64,000 nt of DNA from Promethearchaeota archaeon (GTDB lineage Archaea > Asgardarchaeota > Lokiarchaeia > Sigyniarchaeales > SOKP01): the NCBI GenBank assembly GCA_016839555.1, contig JAEOUA010000008.1:224001-288000 (forward strand), given 5' to 3'. Shown piece by piece: positions 9,754 to 20,019 of this stretch (position 1 is its first letter; the number at the start of each line of letters is the position of its first letter). The notes under the pieces are model-generated. The model ran no database searches. It was given only the letters and a program-made list of their open reading frames with translations, and was not told the origin of the DNA. The translations under genes and the position numbers were made by a program.

Positions 9754-12339
9754 TTATCGATGTTCTGTTCTAGAAATGACTTCATCTTGTATTTCTTTTC
9801 CCAAGTCTGTAAAATATGCACTATATCCTCCGACTTTAACTATAATATCTCTATATTTTTCTGGATCTTTTTGAGCTGCCCTTAATGTTTTTGTTGAGAC
9901 TACAGTAGGTTGTAGTTGTTCGCCACCTAATTTAAAATAAGTTTTTATTAATGAAATCCATTTTTTCTTCGCTTCTTCAGTTTTTCCAATTCCAGAGGGA
10001 TGCATTCGAATATTTACAGCACACCCACATACATGTTTGTAGTCAAGTGCAGCAACAGATCGAAGAACTCCAGTTGGACCGTGTTCTTCTACATTATAGG
10101 GATTACAACTTGCAGCAAAAGGTTTTCCTGCCAATCTGCCATCGGGTGTCGCTAGTGATATCCTTCCATCGTAAGTATGGGAGGTCATACTAATAATAAA
10201 TGGTGCAAAAACGCCACCCTTATATGTTTTATACTTATAAGTTTCTTCAAATATATGATTTGTTACTTTTTTGGCTAATTCATCACACTCAGGATTTCCA
10301 TTCCCCCATTTTCCTTTTAAATCCATAATTAGAGAATGAATCCATTCATAACCTTGAGTAAAGTTATTATCAACCGCATCAACAAGCTCTCTTAATGTAA
10401 ATTTTTTTTCTTCGAAAACTAATTTTTTAATAACATATAAAGAATCAACCAAATTAGCTACACTGTTTAAAATTAATATTCCTTCAGCGTCATATTTAGC
10501 TCCTCCTTTTGTAACATCCTTTTTATTTTTTAAACAACCCTGTACAAAAGCTGATAAAAAGGGCGCAGGTAAATATTCAGCATATATTTGGTCTCGAATT
10601 TTTGTTGCTTCGACTATATGTTGGATAACATAATCTGATTGCTTATAGAAAGCTTCAAGGAAATCTTCAAATGTTCTAAATGTGTCTGGTTTACCCGTCT
10701 TAGGACCAATATTTTTCATCAATCCTACTAATGCCTTAGAATCGCCATTTCGAAGGGCTGTATCAAGTGTATGACTTAATAAAATTGCTGAAAAACTAAT
10801 TCCACCTGTTTTTCCAGGAGGGGACATATCTACACAACCAGTAATGCAATAACCTTGCGCATCTTTTTTAGTAATTCCCCGATTCATTAATGCTTTTATA
10901 GCAATATCATCATTTAACATAGAGAGGCTTGATATTCCATTATAACTAAGGTCAGCAACCTTTAAATATAATTCTTCTGGTGATTTATCGTGAAATCTTA
11001 CTGCAAAATTAAGGCAGGTTTTTGACCGGGCAGCTACTTCTAACATTATATAGGTTAGTTCATTTGTAGCATCTTCACCAGTTTCTGTAAGACCGCCTAA
11101 AGTAATTGGTTCGGAGCCTTCATATCTCTGGCTAAATTCTGAGACAGAATCTGAATAAGGACGAACATTATGGCTCATTACCTTTAATACTAATTCTTCC
11201 AGCAATTCTATGGCTTCTTCTCGAGCAATTCTTACTTCTTCAATATCGCGCTTATAATATGGATATAAAAATTGATCGAGACGTCCTGGCCCATGTACAT
11301 TAAATGGAAGTGCCAAATCAACAGAAGTTTTAATTATCCAATATAATTGTACTGCTTCTCGGAATGTTTTAGCCGGCTTTGTTTTTACATTATTACATAT
11401 TTTATACATTTTTGTTAATATAGCCTTTCTCTTAGATTCATTAGTATTGTTAATTTCTTCTTGAAGGTTTTTAGTAAGCCTGTTAGCAAATATCATTATC
11501 CCCTCAAGAGCAATATCAAGAGATTTTAAAAAATCTATTTGTTCTTTTGTTAAATTATCATCTTTCTCAATTTCCTCTCGAACCTCCTTTTGCATGTTTA
11601 ATAATCCTTTTTTAATTGCAGTCTCATGGTCAAGGATTATATGCCCTTGCCATCCACCAATAACAGCATTACTTGAAATTATTGGTTGATCTTGGGATTT
11701 TTTTATTGGTACATGATTAATAAAGTCATAAAAATCCCCTTTATAAATGTTATTTTCTAAAAGCTTTTTCTCAATTAAATCAGAAATATTCTTTCCTTTC
11801 CAATATGGGATTAATTTTTTTAGAAGTAATTCCTTATCCTCTTCTTTTATTTTAAATCCATTTATTTTTCTCTGTTCTAAAGAGTCAGATCCCATAGTTG
11901 GTATAGCAGCACCCATTTTTTTAGTATTTGCTATAAATTCAATAATATTTATTCCCTTATTACTCATATATTCTATAAAAGATTTGTTAAATTCCCTTTC
12001 AAATTTCTTCATTGCTTTTTCGTCAATTTCATATTCAAGTACTCTGTTCCATATACCACGCTCTAAATCTAGAGGTATTCCAAGGAAACTTTCTGTCCAT
12101 TTACCTGCAATACGATCATCTGGATCTATGTAGATCTGCATGTTTTCGTAAACATTTTTCATAGATAAGGCAATTCTGACGCCAACTGATAAATTACTTT
12201 TTTCAGTCTCAGACCACTTTTCAGTATAATATTTCGCTCTTTCTAGTGAAATTAGAGTCTTATCATCAAGAAACCTTCTACGAATGCGTTTTATTCTTTC
12301 ATTTTCCTTATTAATGATTTGGATATTTTGATCACTCAT
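9754..12339 (-). CDS. Glycyl radical enzyme (PFL2-like), substrate unknown
   Basis: GRLDQFLYP, Cys loop TGCVD, ATPDGR, Gly loop VKVGGYSAYF, QDEVISRT. Confidence 0.9.
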   Translation of the reverse strand: MSDQNIQIINKENERIKRIRRRFLDDKTLISLERAKYYTEKWSETEKSNLSVGVRIALSMKNVYENMQIYIDPDDRIAGKWTESFLGIPLDLERGIWNRVLEYEIDEKAMKKFEREFNKSFIEYMSNKGINIIEFIANTKKMGAAIPTMGSDSLEQRKINGFKIKEEDKELLLKKLIPYWKGKNISDLIEKKLLENNIYKGDFYDFINHVPIKKSQDQPIISSNAVIGGWQGHIILDHETAIKKGLLNMQKEVREEIEKDDNLTKEQIDFLKSLDIALEGIMIFANRLTKNLQEEINNTNESKRKAILTKMYKICNNVKTKPAKTFREAVQLYWIIKTSVDLALPFNVHGPGRLDQFLYPYYKRDIEEVRIAREEAIELLEELVLKVMSHNVRPYSDSVSEFSQRYEGSEPITLGGLTETGEDATNELTYIMLEVAARSKTCLNFAVRFHDKSPEELYLKVADLSYNGISSLSMLNDDIAIKALMNRGITKKDAQGYCITGCVDMSPPGKTGGISFSAILLSHTLDTALRNGDSKALVGLMKNIGPKTGKPDTFRTFEDFLEAFYKQSDYVIQHIVEATKIRDQIYAEYLPAPFLSAFVQGCLKNKKDVTKGGAKYDAEGILILNSVANLVDSLYVIKKLVFEEKKFTLRELVDAVDNNFTQGYEWIHSLIMDLKGKWGNGNPECDELAKKVTNHIFEETYKYKTYKGGVFAPFIISMTSHTYDGRISLATPDGRLAGKPFAASCNPYNVEEHGPTGVLRSVAALDYKHVCGCAVNIRMHPSGIGKTEEAKKKWISLIKTYFKLGGEQLQPTVVSTKTLRAAQKDPEKYRDIIVKVGGYSAYFTDLGKEIQDEVISRTEHR

Positions 12340-12414
12340 AGTAATTTTATAAATATATAAAATTTGTATATTATTATTTTACTAAATTATATTATATTAG
12401 TATTATTTATAAAT

Positions 12415-12447
12415 ATTGTTAACATTTATTAATGATTGTAAACATTT
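12415..12447. promoter_or_regulatory. Pair of TGTWAACA boxes with a 20-bp period in the GRE/activase divergent promoter
   Basis: ATTGTTAACATTT and ATTGTAAACATTT, sharing TTAACATTTAT with the 7883-7924 site. Confidence 0.35.
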
Positions 12448-12499
12448 TTTAATTAATAATAAATTCCCCAATTTTTATATTAAAATCTAATTTGAAAAT

Positions 12500-13408
12500 A
12501 TGAAGGGCATTATTTTTGATATTCAACATTATGCAATTTTTGATGGACCGGGAATAAGAACATTAGTTTTTTTGAAAGGGTGTCCTTTATGTTGCAAATG
12601 GTGTCATAATCCTGAATCTCAGTTACTAAAACCACAATTATCATATTTTCAAGAAAAGTGTGAATTATGTGGGAAATGTGTTAAAAGTTGTGATAAAAAT
12701 GCTCTCAAAATATTTGAAGATGCCGTTATTTGGGATAAAGATTTATGTGATATGTGTGGAAAATGTGTTGAAACGTGTCCTAATAATGTCCTTGAAATTA
12801 TCGGAGAAAAAAAAGAAGTTAAGGAGATAGTAGAAGTTGTATCAAGAGATAAGATTTTCTATGAAGACTCTGGAGGGGGTGTAACAATCACAGGTGGAGA
12901 ACCTACAATGCAATTACCATTTTTATTAGAATTATTAACTAATTTTAAAAAAAAAGGAATTCAGACAGCTATAGAAACATGTGGATATTTTAATGAGAAT
13001 ATTATAGAAAATTTAACACATTTGGTGGATCTCTTTTTATTTGATATTAAACTTATTGATCCAGAAAAACATATCAAATATACTGGTGTATCAAATAAGA
13101 AAATTTTAAAAAATTTTAAAAAAATCTATGAAAAAGTGGGATCCAAAAGAATTATATGCCGAATACCTTTAATTCCAGGAATAAATACAAATACAAAAGA
13201 TATAGACCAGATTATTACATTTTTAAAGGATATAGATTATAAAGGGGCTGTTCATCTTATGCCTTATAATAAAATGGCGAAAACTAAATATGAAAAAATA
13301 GGCAGAAGTCAAGACTATATAGATTTTGGGGACTTGAAAGAAAAGAAAATAGAAATAATTATTGAAGAAATAGAAAAAGAATCTTATGAAGTAATTTGTA
13401 ATGAATAA
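12500..13408 (+). CDS. Glycyl-radical activating enzyme (radical SAM with ferredoxin insert)
   Basis: DGPGIRT, GCPLCCKWCHNPES, two CxxCxxCxxxC motifs, GGEP. Confidence 0.92.
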   Translation: MKGIIFDIQHYAIFDGPGIRTLVFLKGCPLCCKWCHNPESQLLKPQLSYFQEKCELCGKCVKSCDKNALKIFEDAVIWDKDLCDMCGKCVETCPNNVLEIIGEKKEVKEIVEVVSRDKIFYEDSGGGVTITGGEPTMQLPFLLELLTNFKKKGIQTAIETCGYFNENIIENLTHLVDLFLFDIKLIDPEKHIKYTGVSNKKILKNFKKIYEKVGSKRIICRIPLIPGINTNTKDIDQIITFLKDIDYKGAVHLMPYNKMAKTKYEKIGRSQDYIDFGDLKEKKIEIIIEEIEKESYEVICNE

Positions 13409-13440
13409 TAAGTATTATAAATATTGAATGAGGAACAGAA

Positions 13441-14847
13441 ATGGAAACAAAACAATTTGAAAAAAAGCTTGATACAAAATCAACAAACTTTATGATTTCC
13501 TATAGCTTTGGGCAATTGTCGGACGTCATTGGCTATCAAATGTTTACTTTTCTTATATTCACTTTTTATTATGCTATTATTGGCTTAAACGTGAATTGGA
13601 TTACAATAGGATTTATTATTTGGAGTGTTTGGAATGCTTTTAACGATCCAATGGTGGGTTATATTTCTGATCGATTGAACACAAAATGGGGGAGAAGAAA
13701 ACCACTTGTATATGTTGGAATTATTCCGTTATTAACTTTAATGGTATTATTATGGACACCTCCCTTGAATAGCAAAATTATTTCATTCATTTATTTTATT
13801 ATAATTATCTTAGCATTTGATACAGCTTATACATCATTTTCTATGGGTCAAGCGACTTTGTTTCCTGAGCTATTTAAAAACTTAGAGGAGAGGGCAAAAG
13901 CGAATAATATTCGACAAATTTTTACTATATTTGGATTAATTATTGCATTCATAATGCCAACTTTTTTCATACCTAAGTTGACAAATCCTCAATATATTGG
14001 AGGATATATATTAGCAGGAATCGTTGCTATGATCTTAATGGGCTTCTTTGGCATCATTTTTATCATATTTGGGTTAAAAGAACCTAAAGAATTTTCTGAA
14101 GACTATAAAGATACACCACCTTTTTTCACTTCTTTAAAAATATCATTAAAAAGAAAATCATTTAAATGGTACGTATTAGTTCATTTTGTAAACTGGTATG
14201 TTTATGGAATGTTGCCGACAATATTACCATTATTCGCAGAATATGTTTTAGGCATAGGAGAAGGGGAAACATTTTATATAGGTCTTTTACTTGGAGTCAC
14301 TTTTATTTCAGCATGTATTTTCATAGCTCTCTGGAAATACGTAGCAATTAAAATTGGTATAAGGAAAGGTTTTATGATTTCTATGCTTATATTCATAATC
14401 ACATTGTTCCCCAATTTATTCATAAATAATGTGATTCAGGGATTTATTGTATTCTTTTTAATTGGAATAGGATTAGCAGGATCTTTATTTTTCTTAGATA
14501 TTACAATCGCTGCGGTTATGGATGAAGATGAACTTGAGACAGGAGTACGTAGAGCGGGAGGAATCTATGGTATTAGCACATTTATATTAAGATTTGCTAC
14601 AATATTTATGTTTTTAACAATCAGCCTTGTATTCAATAGCACTGGATGGACTGTCTTTGATCCTATAGGAACAGTAAACACGCAATTAGGCTTAAGGATT
14701 TTGATTTTTGTATTTCCCGCTATAGCCCTCATTATAGGAATTCTTGGAATGTACAAATTTCCTATCACAGTAGAAAAATATACCGAAATGAAAAAAGAAC
14801 TTAGAAAATTACATGAACATAAACTTGAAAAAATCAGAAACACATAA
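13441..14847 (+). CDS. GPH-family (MelB-like) MFS sugar transporter
   Basis: WNAFNDPMVGYISD, WGRRKP, DEDE..TGVRR.G; about 12 TM segments. Confidence 0.85.
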   Translation: METKQFEKKLDTKSTNFMISYSFGQLSDVIGYQMFTFLIFTFYYAIIGLNVNWITIGFIIWSVWNAFNDPMVGYISDRLNTKWGRRKPLVYVGIIPLLTLMVLLWTPPLNSKIISFIYFIIIILAFDTAYTSFSMGQATLFPELFKNLEERAKANNIRQIFTIFGLIIAFIMPTFFIPKLTNPQYIGGYILAGIVAMILMGFFGIIFIIFGLKEPKEFSEDYKDTPPFFTSLKISLKRKSFKWYVLVHFVNWYVYGMLPTILPLFAEYVLGIGEGETFYIGLLLGVTFISACIFIALWKYVAIKIGIRKGFMISMLIFIITLFPNLFINNVIQGFIVFFLIGIGLAGSLFFLDITIAAVMDEDELETGVRRAGGIYGISTFILRFATIFMFLTISLVFNSTGWTVFDPIGTVNTQLGLRILIFVFPAIALIIGILGMYKFPITVEKYTEMKKELRKLHEHKLEKIRNT

Positions 14848-15045
14848 TAATGTAATTTAAGAATAATATTCAAAGGAATAATTGAAAATTTTAATTTAAC
14901 TAAAATTTTATTTTCATTTATTAATTATATTGAAAAAGAATTTTTAATGAGCTTTTAATAATATAATAATAAAAAAAAAAGGATTAATAACCAAATATTT
15001 TGAAAAACTTTATTTATAAATAAATTAAATATCGGATAATGGAAT

Positions 15046-15819
15046 ATGCTTGCAACGGAAAGAAGAAATCAAATAGCTAAACTAGTAAAAACTGAAGGGT
15101 CTATAACTATTGAGGATTTAACAAATATGTTCGATGTATCAAGAATAACAATCTGGAAAGACCTTAAAATGCTTGAAGAGCGTGGATTTCTCGCAAGAGT
15201 ACATGGAGGGGCTATGAGATTAGATAAATTAAATCCAGAAGAACAGGAATTTCCTATACGCAAACAGAGTTCATCTTTAGAAAAAAAGAAAATAGCTCAA
15301 TATGCTGCTAAAAATTACGTAGAAGATAACCAGATACTTTTTTTAGATGGAGGGACCACTGTCGTAGAGATGATACCATATCTAAATAAGAAGAATCTAA
15401 CCATATTGACTAATGGGTTTTTTACCTTGATAAAAGCAGCAAATTACTTGTCTGATATAAATTTCATAAGTCTTGGAGGAATTTTTAGAAAACCCTCTTA
15501 TACTTTTGTTGGCCCAGATACAGAAGATTTTATTTCACGTTATAAAATTGATACCGCATTTGTAAGTGCCTATGGAATCTCACTTAAAGATGGACTGATG
15601 GATCCTAACCCACTCGATATGGAAATCAAAAAAATTATGTGTGAAAATGCTAATAAAATTTTTGTCTTAATAGATTCTAGTAAATATGAGAAACATTCAT
15701 TGACTACTTTTCTAAATCTGGAAGAAATTGATCATTTGATAACAGATAACGGAGCTCCCGCTAAATTTTTGGAAGAATTAAAAAATCGTGGTATTGCTAT
15801 TGATATAGTAAAAATATAG
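15046..15819 (+). CDS. DeoR/GlpR family transcriptional regulator
   Basis: ERRNQI, VSRITIWKDL, RVHGGA, LDGGTT, DSSK, LITD. Confidence 0.92.
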   Translation: MLATERRNQIAKLVKTEGSITIEDLTNMFDVSRITIWKDLKMLEERGFLARVHGGAMRLDKLNPEEQEFPIRKQSSSLEKKKIAQYAAKNYVEDNQILFLDGGTTVVEMIPYLNKKNLTILTNGFFTLIKAANYLSDINFISLGGIFRKPSYTFVGPDTEDFISRYKIDTAFVSAYGISLKDGLMDPNPLDMEIKKIMCENANKIFVLIDSSKYEKHSLTTFLNLEEIDHLITDNGAPAKFLEELKNRGIAIDIVKI

Positions 15820-15980
15820 GTATATATTTAGAATTAAAAACTCTTGCTTTAACATTATCAATTTGAAAAAGTGAAATTAATTTAAAAGCTATACATAATA
15901 CTTTATATTTGTGATTCTTTTTTTGCTTTGTTTATAAAGTATGAGCATTTAAATAGGTCCCAAATTTACTTACAATAATA

Positions 15981-17120
15981 ATGGTGAATTATGTTTACAA
16001 AGAATATAAAACGGCATTAAACAAATTAAAGTTTCCAGACAGCTACTTTTGGTGTCGCTATACTCTTAATCCATATGTGGGATGCCAACATGCATGCGTT
16101 TACTGTGATGCTCGGAGTAAACGATATTATTTAGAAAATGTTGAGGAGGATGTAATAATTAAAGTAGGAATAGCGGAGAAATTAGAAAAAAAAATAAAAA
16201 ATTCAAGAACATTATTACCAGATGTTATAGGACCTGGGGGAGTTTGTGATGCGTACCAACCAATAGAAAAAAAAGTAAAAAATACACGAAAAATTTTAAA
16301 AGTCTTGAGAAAATATAAATTCCCTGTGAATATTGCTACAAAATCCGATTTAATTGTTAGAGATATCGATATTTTAAAAGAAATTGCAAAAGATACGTGG
16401 TGTACAGTAGGATTTTCCATAACCACTACAGATGGAGAATTAGCAAATTTTTTAGAACCGTATTCCTCTCCTCCAGATAAAAGATTCAATGCAATGAAGG
16501 AAATTAAGAATAATGCTCCAAATATACAGACAGGAACTTATTTTATGCCAATAATTCCATTTCTGGAAGATAATGATAAGAATTTAGATGATGTTATTAA
16601 AAAAACAAAAGAAAAAGTAGGCGATTTTGTTGTATTCGCACCGGGCTTAACTTTAAGAGATAATCAGAAAGAATATTTTATAAATAAGCTGAAAAATAGT
16701 AAATATAGAGACATAGTAGAACCCTTATTAAATCTTTATAGTGAAGGATATGATTCTGAACAAATGAACAGCTATATTTTAACTCAATATAAAAAATTAT
16801 TAAATTTATGCAAGAAATATAATTTGAATATACGAGAAAAACGATGGATTCCTTCAGATTATAGAAAATGGAATTATTTAATAGCAGAAAAGTTATTGAA
16901 TGAAGAATATTTGAATACAATTCAGGGAAAGCCAAATGATAGAATAAAATGGGCTGGCTTATATCTCAATAATCTTAAAGAATCCATCATTGATGTATAT
17001 AGAAGAGGAAAATTACATAATCTTAGAAATTTTAATTCGAAAATAATTGAATTTGTACAACCTTATTTAGAAAAAGGATTAGAAGAACAGAAAAAGAAAA
17101 GTTTGGATAGGTTCTTATGA
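15981..17120 (+). CDS. SplB-like radical SAM protein (putative DNA repair)
   Basis: NPYVGCQHACVYC, DAYQPIE, TKSDLIVRD. Confidence 0.8.
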   Translation: MVNYVYKEYKTALNKLKFPDSYFWCRYTLNPYVGCQHACVYCDARSKRYYLENVEEDVIIKVGIAEKLEKKIKNSRTLLPDVIGPGGVCDAYQPIEKKVKNTRKILKVLRKYKFPVNIATKSDLIVRDIDILKEIAKDTWCTVGFSITTTDGELANFLEPYSSPPDKRFNAMKEIKNNAPNIQTGTYFMPIIPFLEDNDKNLDDVIKKTKEKVGDFVVFAPGLTLRDNQKEYFINKLKNSKYRDIVEPLLNLYSEGYDSEQMNSYILTQYKKLLNLCKKYNLNIREKRWIPSDYRKWNYLIAEKLLNEEYLNTIQGKPNDRIKWAGLYLNNLKESIIDVYRRGKLHNLRNFNSKIIEFVQPYLEKGLEEQKKKSLDRFL

Positions 17121-17869
17121 ATAAAAATATCGATCAAATGATCAACAATATTAAAGGTAAATTGAAACAAACAGCTCCAGATTTAACTAAAGATCAAATT
17201 GAAAAAAGAAATAAAATTTTAAAATCTGAGGACCCTAAATTCTTTGGTTATGGTCATAAAATAGGTGAACTCGAAAAAATAGTACAGCAAATTGAAAATC
17301 AAACGGAATGCTCATATGAAGCGGCACTTGAAGTATTTAAAAATCTTATGAGTTCCCATATTCATGAAGAAAAATTTGCTGGATTCTTATTTATTAATCG
17401 TTTTAAAAGAGATTTTAACAAGGATTTAATCAAAATATTTAAAGAAGTAATCTCGAAATATTGCGATTCCTGGGCTTTATGCGATAGTTCTATGATTAAG
17501 GTTTTGGGTCCATATTTAGCTAAAAGAGGCAAAGAACAACTAGCAATAAGCACAATTAAATCATGGGCGAACTCGGACCTTTTATGGATAAGACGTGGTT
17601 CATTGGTTATTTATTTGAAAGCAATAATGATAAAAAAGGACTTCGATTATAACTTTCTAGTAAAACTAATAAAGCCATTAATAAATGATTCAGAACCATA
17701 TATACAAAAGGCAATTGCATGGCTTCTTAGGACATGCTCTCGCTATAAGCCAAAAATAATTTTTAGTTATTTATTGGAAAATAAAGAAAATTTTTCAAGA
17801 TCATTTTTAAGAGAAGCTGCTCAAAAGCTTTCAGATGCACAAAGAGAGATTATAATAGGAAAAAAGTGA
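17117..17869 (+). CDS. AlkD-like DNA alkylation repair protein
   Basis: SWALCD, W..S..LWIRR, YIQKAIAWLLR; ATGA overlap with the upstream gene. Confidence 0.8.
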   Translation: MNKNIDQMINNIKGKLKQTAPDLTKDQIEKRNKILKSEDPKFFGYGHKIGELEKIVQQIENQTECSYEAALEVFKNLMSSHIHEEKFAGFLFINRFKRDFNKDLIKIFKEVISKYCDSWALCDSSMIKVLGPYLAKRGKEQLAISTIKSWANSDLLWIRRGSLVIYLKAIMIKKDFDYNFLVKLIKPLINDSEPYIQKAIAWLLRTCSRYKPKIIFSYLLENKENFSRSFLREAAQKLSDAQREIIIGKK

Positions 17870-17953
17870 GAAAATCTATTATAAATATTAAAAATACATA
17901 ATTTAATTAGATTATAAGGTAACTCTAACTAATAAAAAAATACATAATTAACA

Positions 17954-19561
17954 ATGCAATCTAAAAAACCCAATATTGTACTTATTCTCGCTGATGATAT
18001 GGGATTTTCTGATATCAGATGCTACGGTGGAGAAATCTCTACACCAAATCTTGATAATTTGGCTGAAGGTGGTATTAGATTCACTCAATTTTTTAATACT
18101 GCCCGATGTTCTCCCTCGAGAGCTTCCCTCTTAACTGGGTTACATCCACATCAAACAGGCATAGGTATATTAGTTGATGATTATAGCCCAGAAGGTTATG
18201 CAGGAGATCTTAATAATAATTGTATTACTATTGCTGAAATTTTAAAAGAAAATGGCTATAAAACTTATATGAGCGGTAAATGGCATGTATCTACTAGTAA
18301 ATTTGAAGTTCGTGATTCATGGCCAAATCAACGGGGATTTGATCATTTTTATGGAACTATTGTAGGAGCAGGGAGCTATTATTATCCTATTAGTCTTACA
18401 CGTGATAATAAGAATATTGAGCAAGAAACTCTAAATAAAGACTTTTATTATACTGATGCTATCACCAATAATGCTGTGAAATATATTAATCAACATTATA
18501 AGAGTACTCCTAACACTCCCTTTTTCTTATATGTGAGCTATACTGCCCCACATTGGCCACTGCATGCAAAGAAGGAGGTTATCGAAAAATATAAAGGGCG
18601 CTTTAAAGATGGATGGGATACTCTAAGGAAAGAGCGGCTCGAGCGTCAAGTAGATATGAATATAATTAATGAAAAATGGAAGTTATCAGATAGAGATCCA
18701 AGAGCCTCCCCTTGGAAAGATGTGAGGCATAAAGATTGGGAACAGAGGAGAATGGAAGTGTATGCCGCCCAAGTTGACATTATGGATAAAGGAATAGGTA
18801 AAATAGTAGATACTCTTAAAGAAAATAAATTATTAGAAGATACTTTAATAATATTTCTGTCTGATAATGGTGGATGCGCCGAACCTCTCGGAACGGTTAT
18901 GGAAAAGATAGCATTAGCAGATGCTTCGACAAGAAAATATACCCGTTCTGGAGAAAGAGTTAATTTTGGGAATAAACACTCTGTTATGCCCGGAGGAGAA
19001 AATACGTACCAAAGTTATGGCGCTGCTTGGGCTAATCTCTCTAATACCCCTTTTCGCAAATTTAAGAAATGGACTCATGAGGGAGGAATCGCTACTCCCT
19101 TTATACTTCATTGGCCTAAATCAATTAAACATAAGGGCGAAATAAGACATCAGCAAGCTCAATTAACCGATATAATGGCAACCATAGTAGATATTACGGG
19201 TATTGAATATCCTAAAAAGTTTAAGGGAAGAACTATACTTCCATTGGAAGGAACTAGCTTAGTGCCCATTTTTAATAACAAAGATAATAATAAAGGGATG
19301 CTGTTTTTTGAACATGAGGGAAATGCTGCTGTACGTGATGGGAATTGGAAGCTCGTCAGAGATTATCCCGAAGATTGGGAATTATATAATATGGAAGAGG
19401 ATAGGACAGAATTAAATAGTTTAATTGATCAATATCCCAATCGGGCTTTGAAGATGAAAAAAACTTATGAAGAATGGGCTAAACGCTGTGGAGTTATACC
19501 CCGAGAAAAGATGTTGGAAATTCAAAAAAAAAGATTTAGAAAATTATATAGCAAATATTAA
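17954..19561 (+). CDS. Arylsulfatase (Cys-type formylglycine sulfatase)
   Basis: ILADDMG, CSPSRASLLTG, GKWH, APHWP, SDNG, HEGGI. Confidence 0.92.
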   Translation: MQSKKPNIVLILADDMGFSDIRCYGGEISTPNLDNLAEGGIRFTQFFNTARCSPSRASLLTGLHPHQTGIGILVDDYSPEGYAGDLNNNCITIAEILKENGYKTYMSGKWHVSTSKFEVRDSWPNQRGFDHFYGTIVGAGSYYYPISLTRDNKNIEQETLNKDFYYTDAITNNAVKYINQHYKSTPNTPFFLYVSYTAPHWPLHAKKEVIEKYKGRFKDGWDTLRKERLERQVDMNIINEKWKLSDRDPRASPWKDVRHKDWEQRRMEVYAAQVDIMDKGIGKIVDTLKENKLLEDTLIIFLSDNGGCAEPLGTVMEKIALADASTRKYTRSGERVNFGNKHSVMPGGENTYQSYGAAWANLSNTPFRKFKKWTHEGGIATPFILHWPKSIKHKGEIRHQQAQLTDIMATIVDITGIEYPKKFKGRTILPLEGTSLVPIFNNKDNNKGMLFFEHEGNAAVRDGNWKLVRDYPEDWELYNMEEDRTELNSLIDQYPNRALKMKKTYEEWAKRCGVIPREKMLEIQKKRFRKLYSKY

Positions 19562-19890
19562 TGGGAATTATTTAAACCTAAAAATTAATCCATTAATTTC
19601 CATTAAAACTTCTCTTTTATTAGCTTTCGCTTATAAATATATATTTATTAGGATTTTTTTCCATAACTCTTAAATTATTAGGTTAGCTTATATAGCTTTT
19701 AAGTATTTTTTGAGAAAGATTATCGGAAATTAAATCAGTAAACCGCTATGTTTCTTAAGATTGTCAAAGGTCAAGATATATAACTAAAAAAATTTATAAT
19801 CTATTTTTTATTTTTAAGAGTATCTTAATTATTAAATACTAAAACTTGAAAAAATAATTTATTTTATAATTATTAAAATATTACTTAAAT

Positions 19891-19993
19891 GCCAAGATGG
19901 CGTAGAATGTTGCCCAATTAGGGTAAATACGTAACCCGGGAACGCACCAGACTGAAGATCTGGGTATCGGGGGTTCAAATCCCCCTCTTGGCA
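19891..19993 (+). tRNA. tRNA-Phe(GAA) with a 29-nt intron in the D-loop (19906-19934, position 15/16)
   Basis: Acceptor GCCAAGA/TCTTGGC; D-stem GCGT/ACGC; anticodon arm CCAGA-CTGAAGA-TCTGG; T-arm GGGGG-TTCAAAT-CCCCC. BHB helix GCGT/ACGT with bulges AGA and AAC. Confidence 0.93.
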
Positions 19994-20019
19994 TAAAATT
20001 TAATCTCTTTTGATTTATA

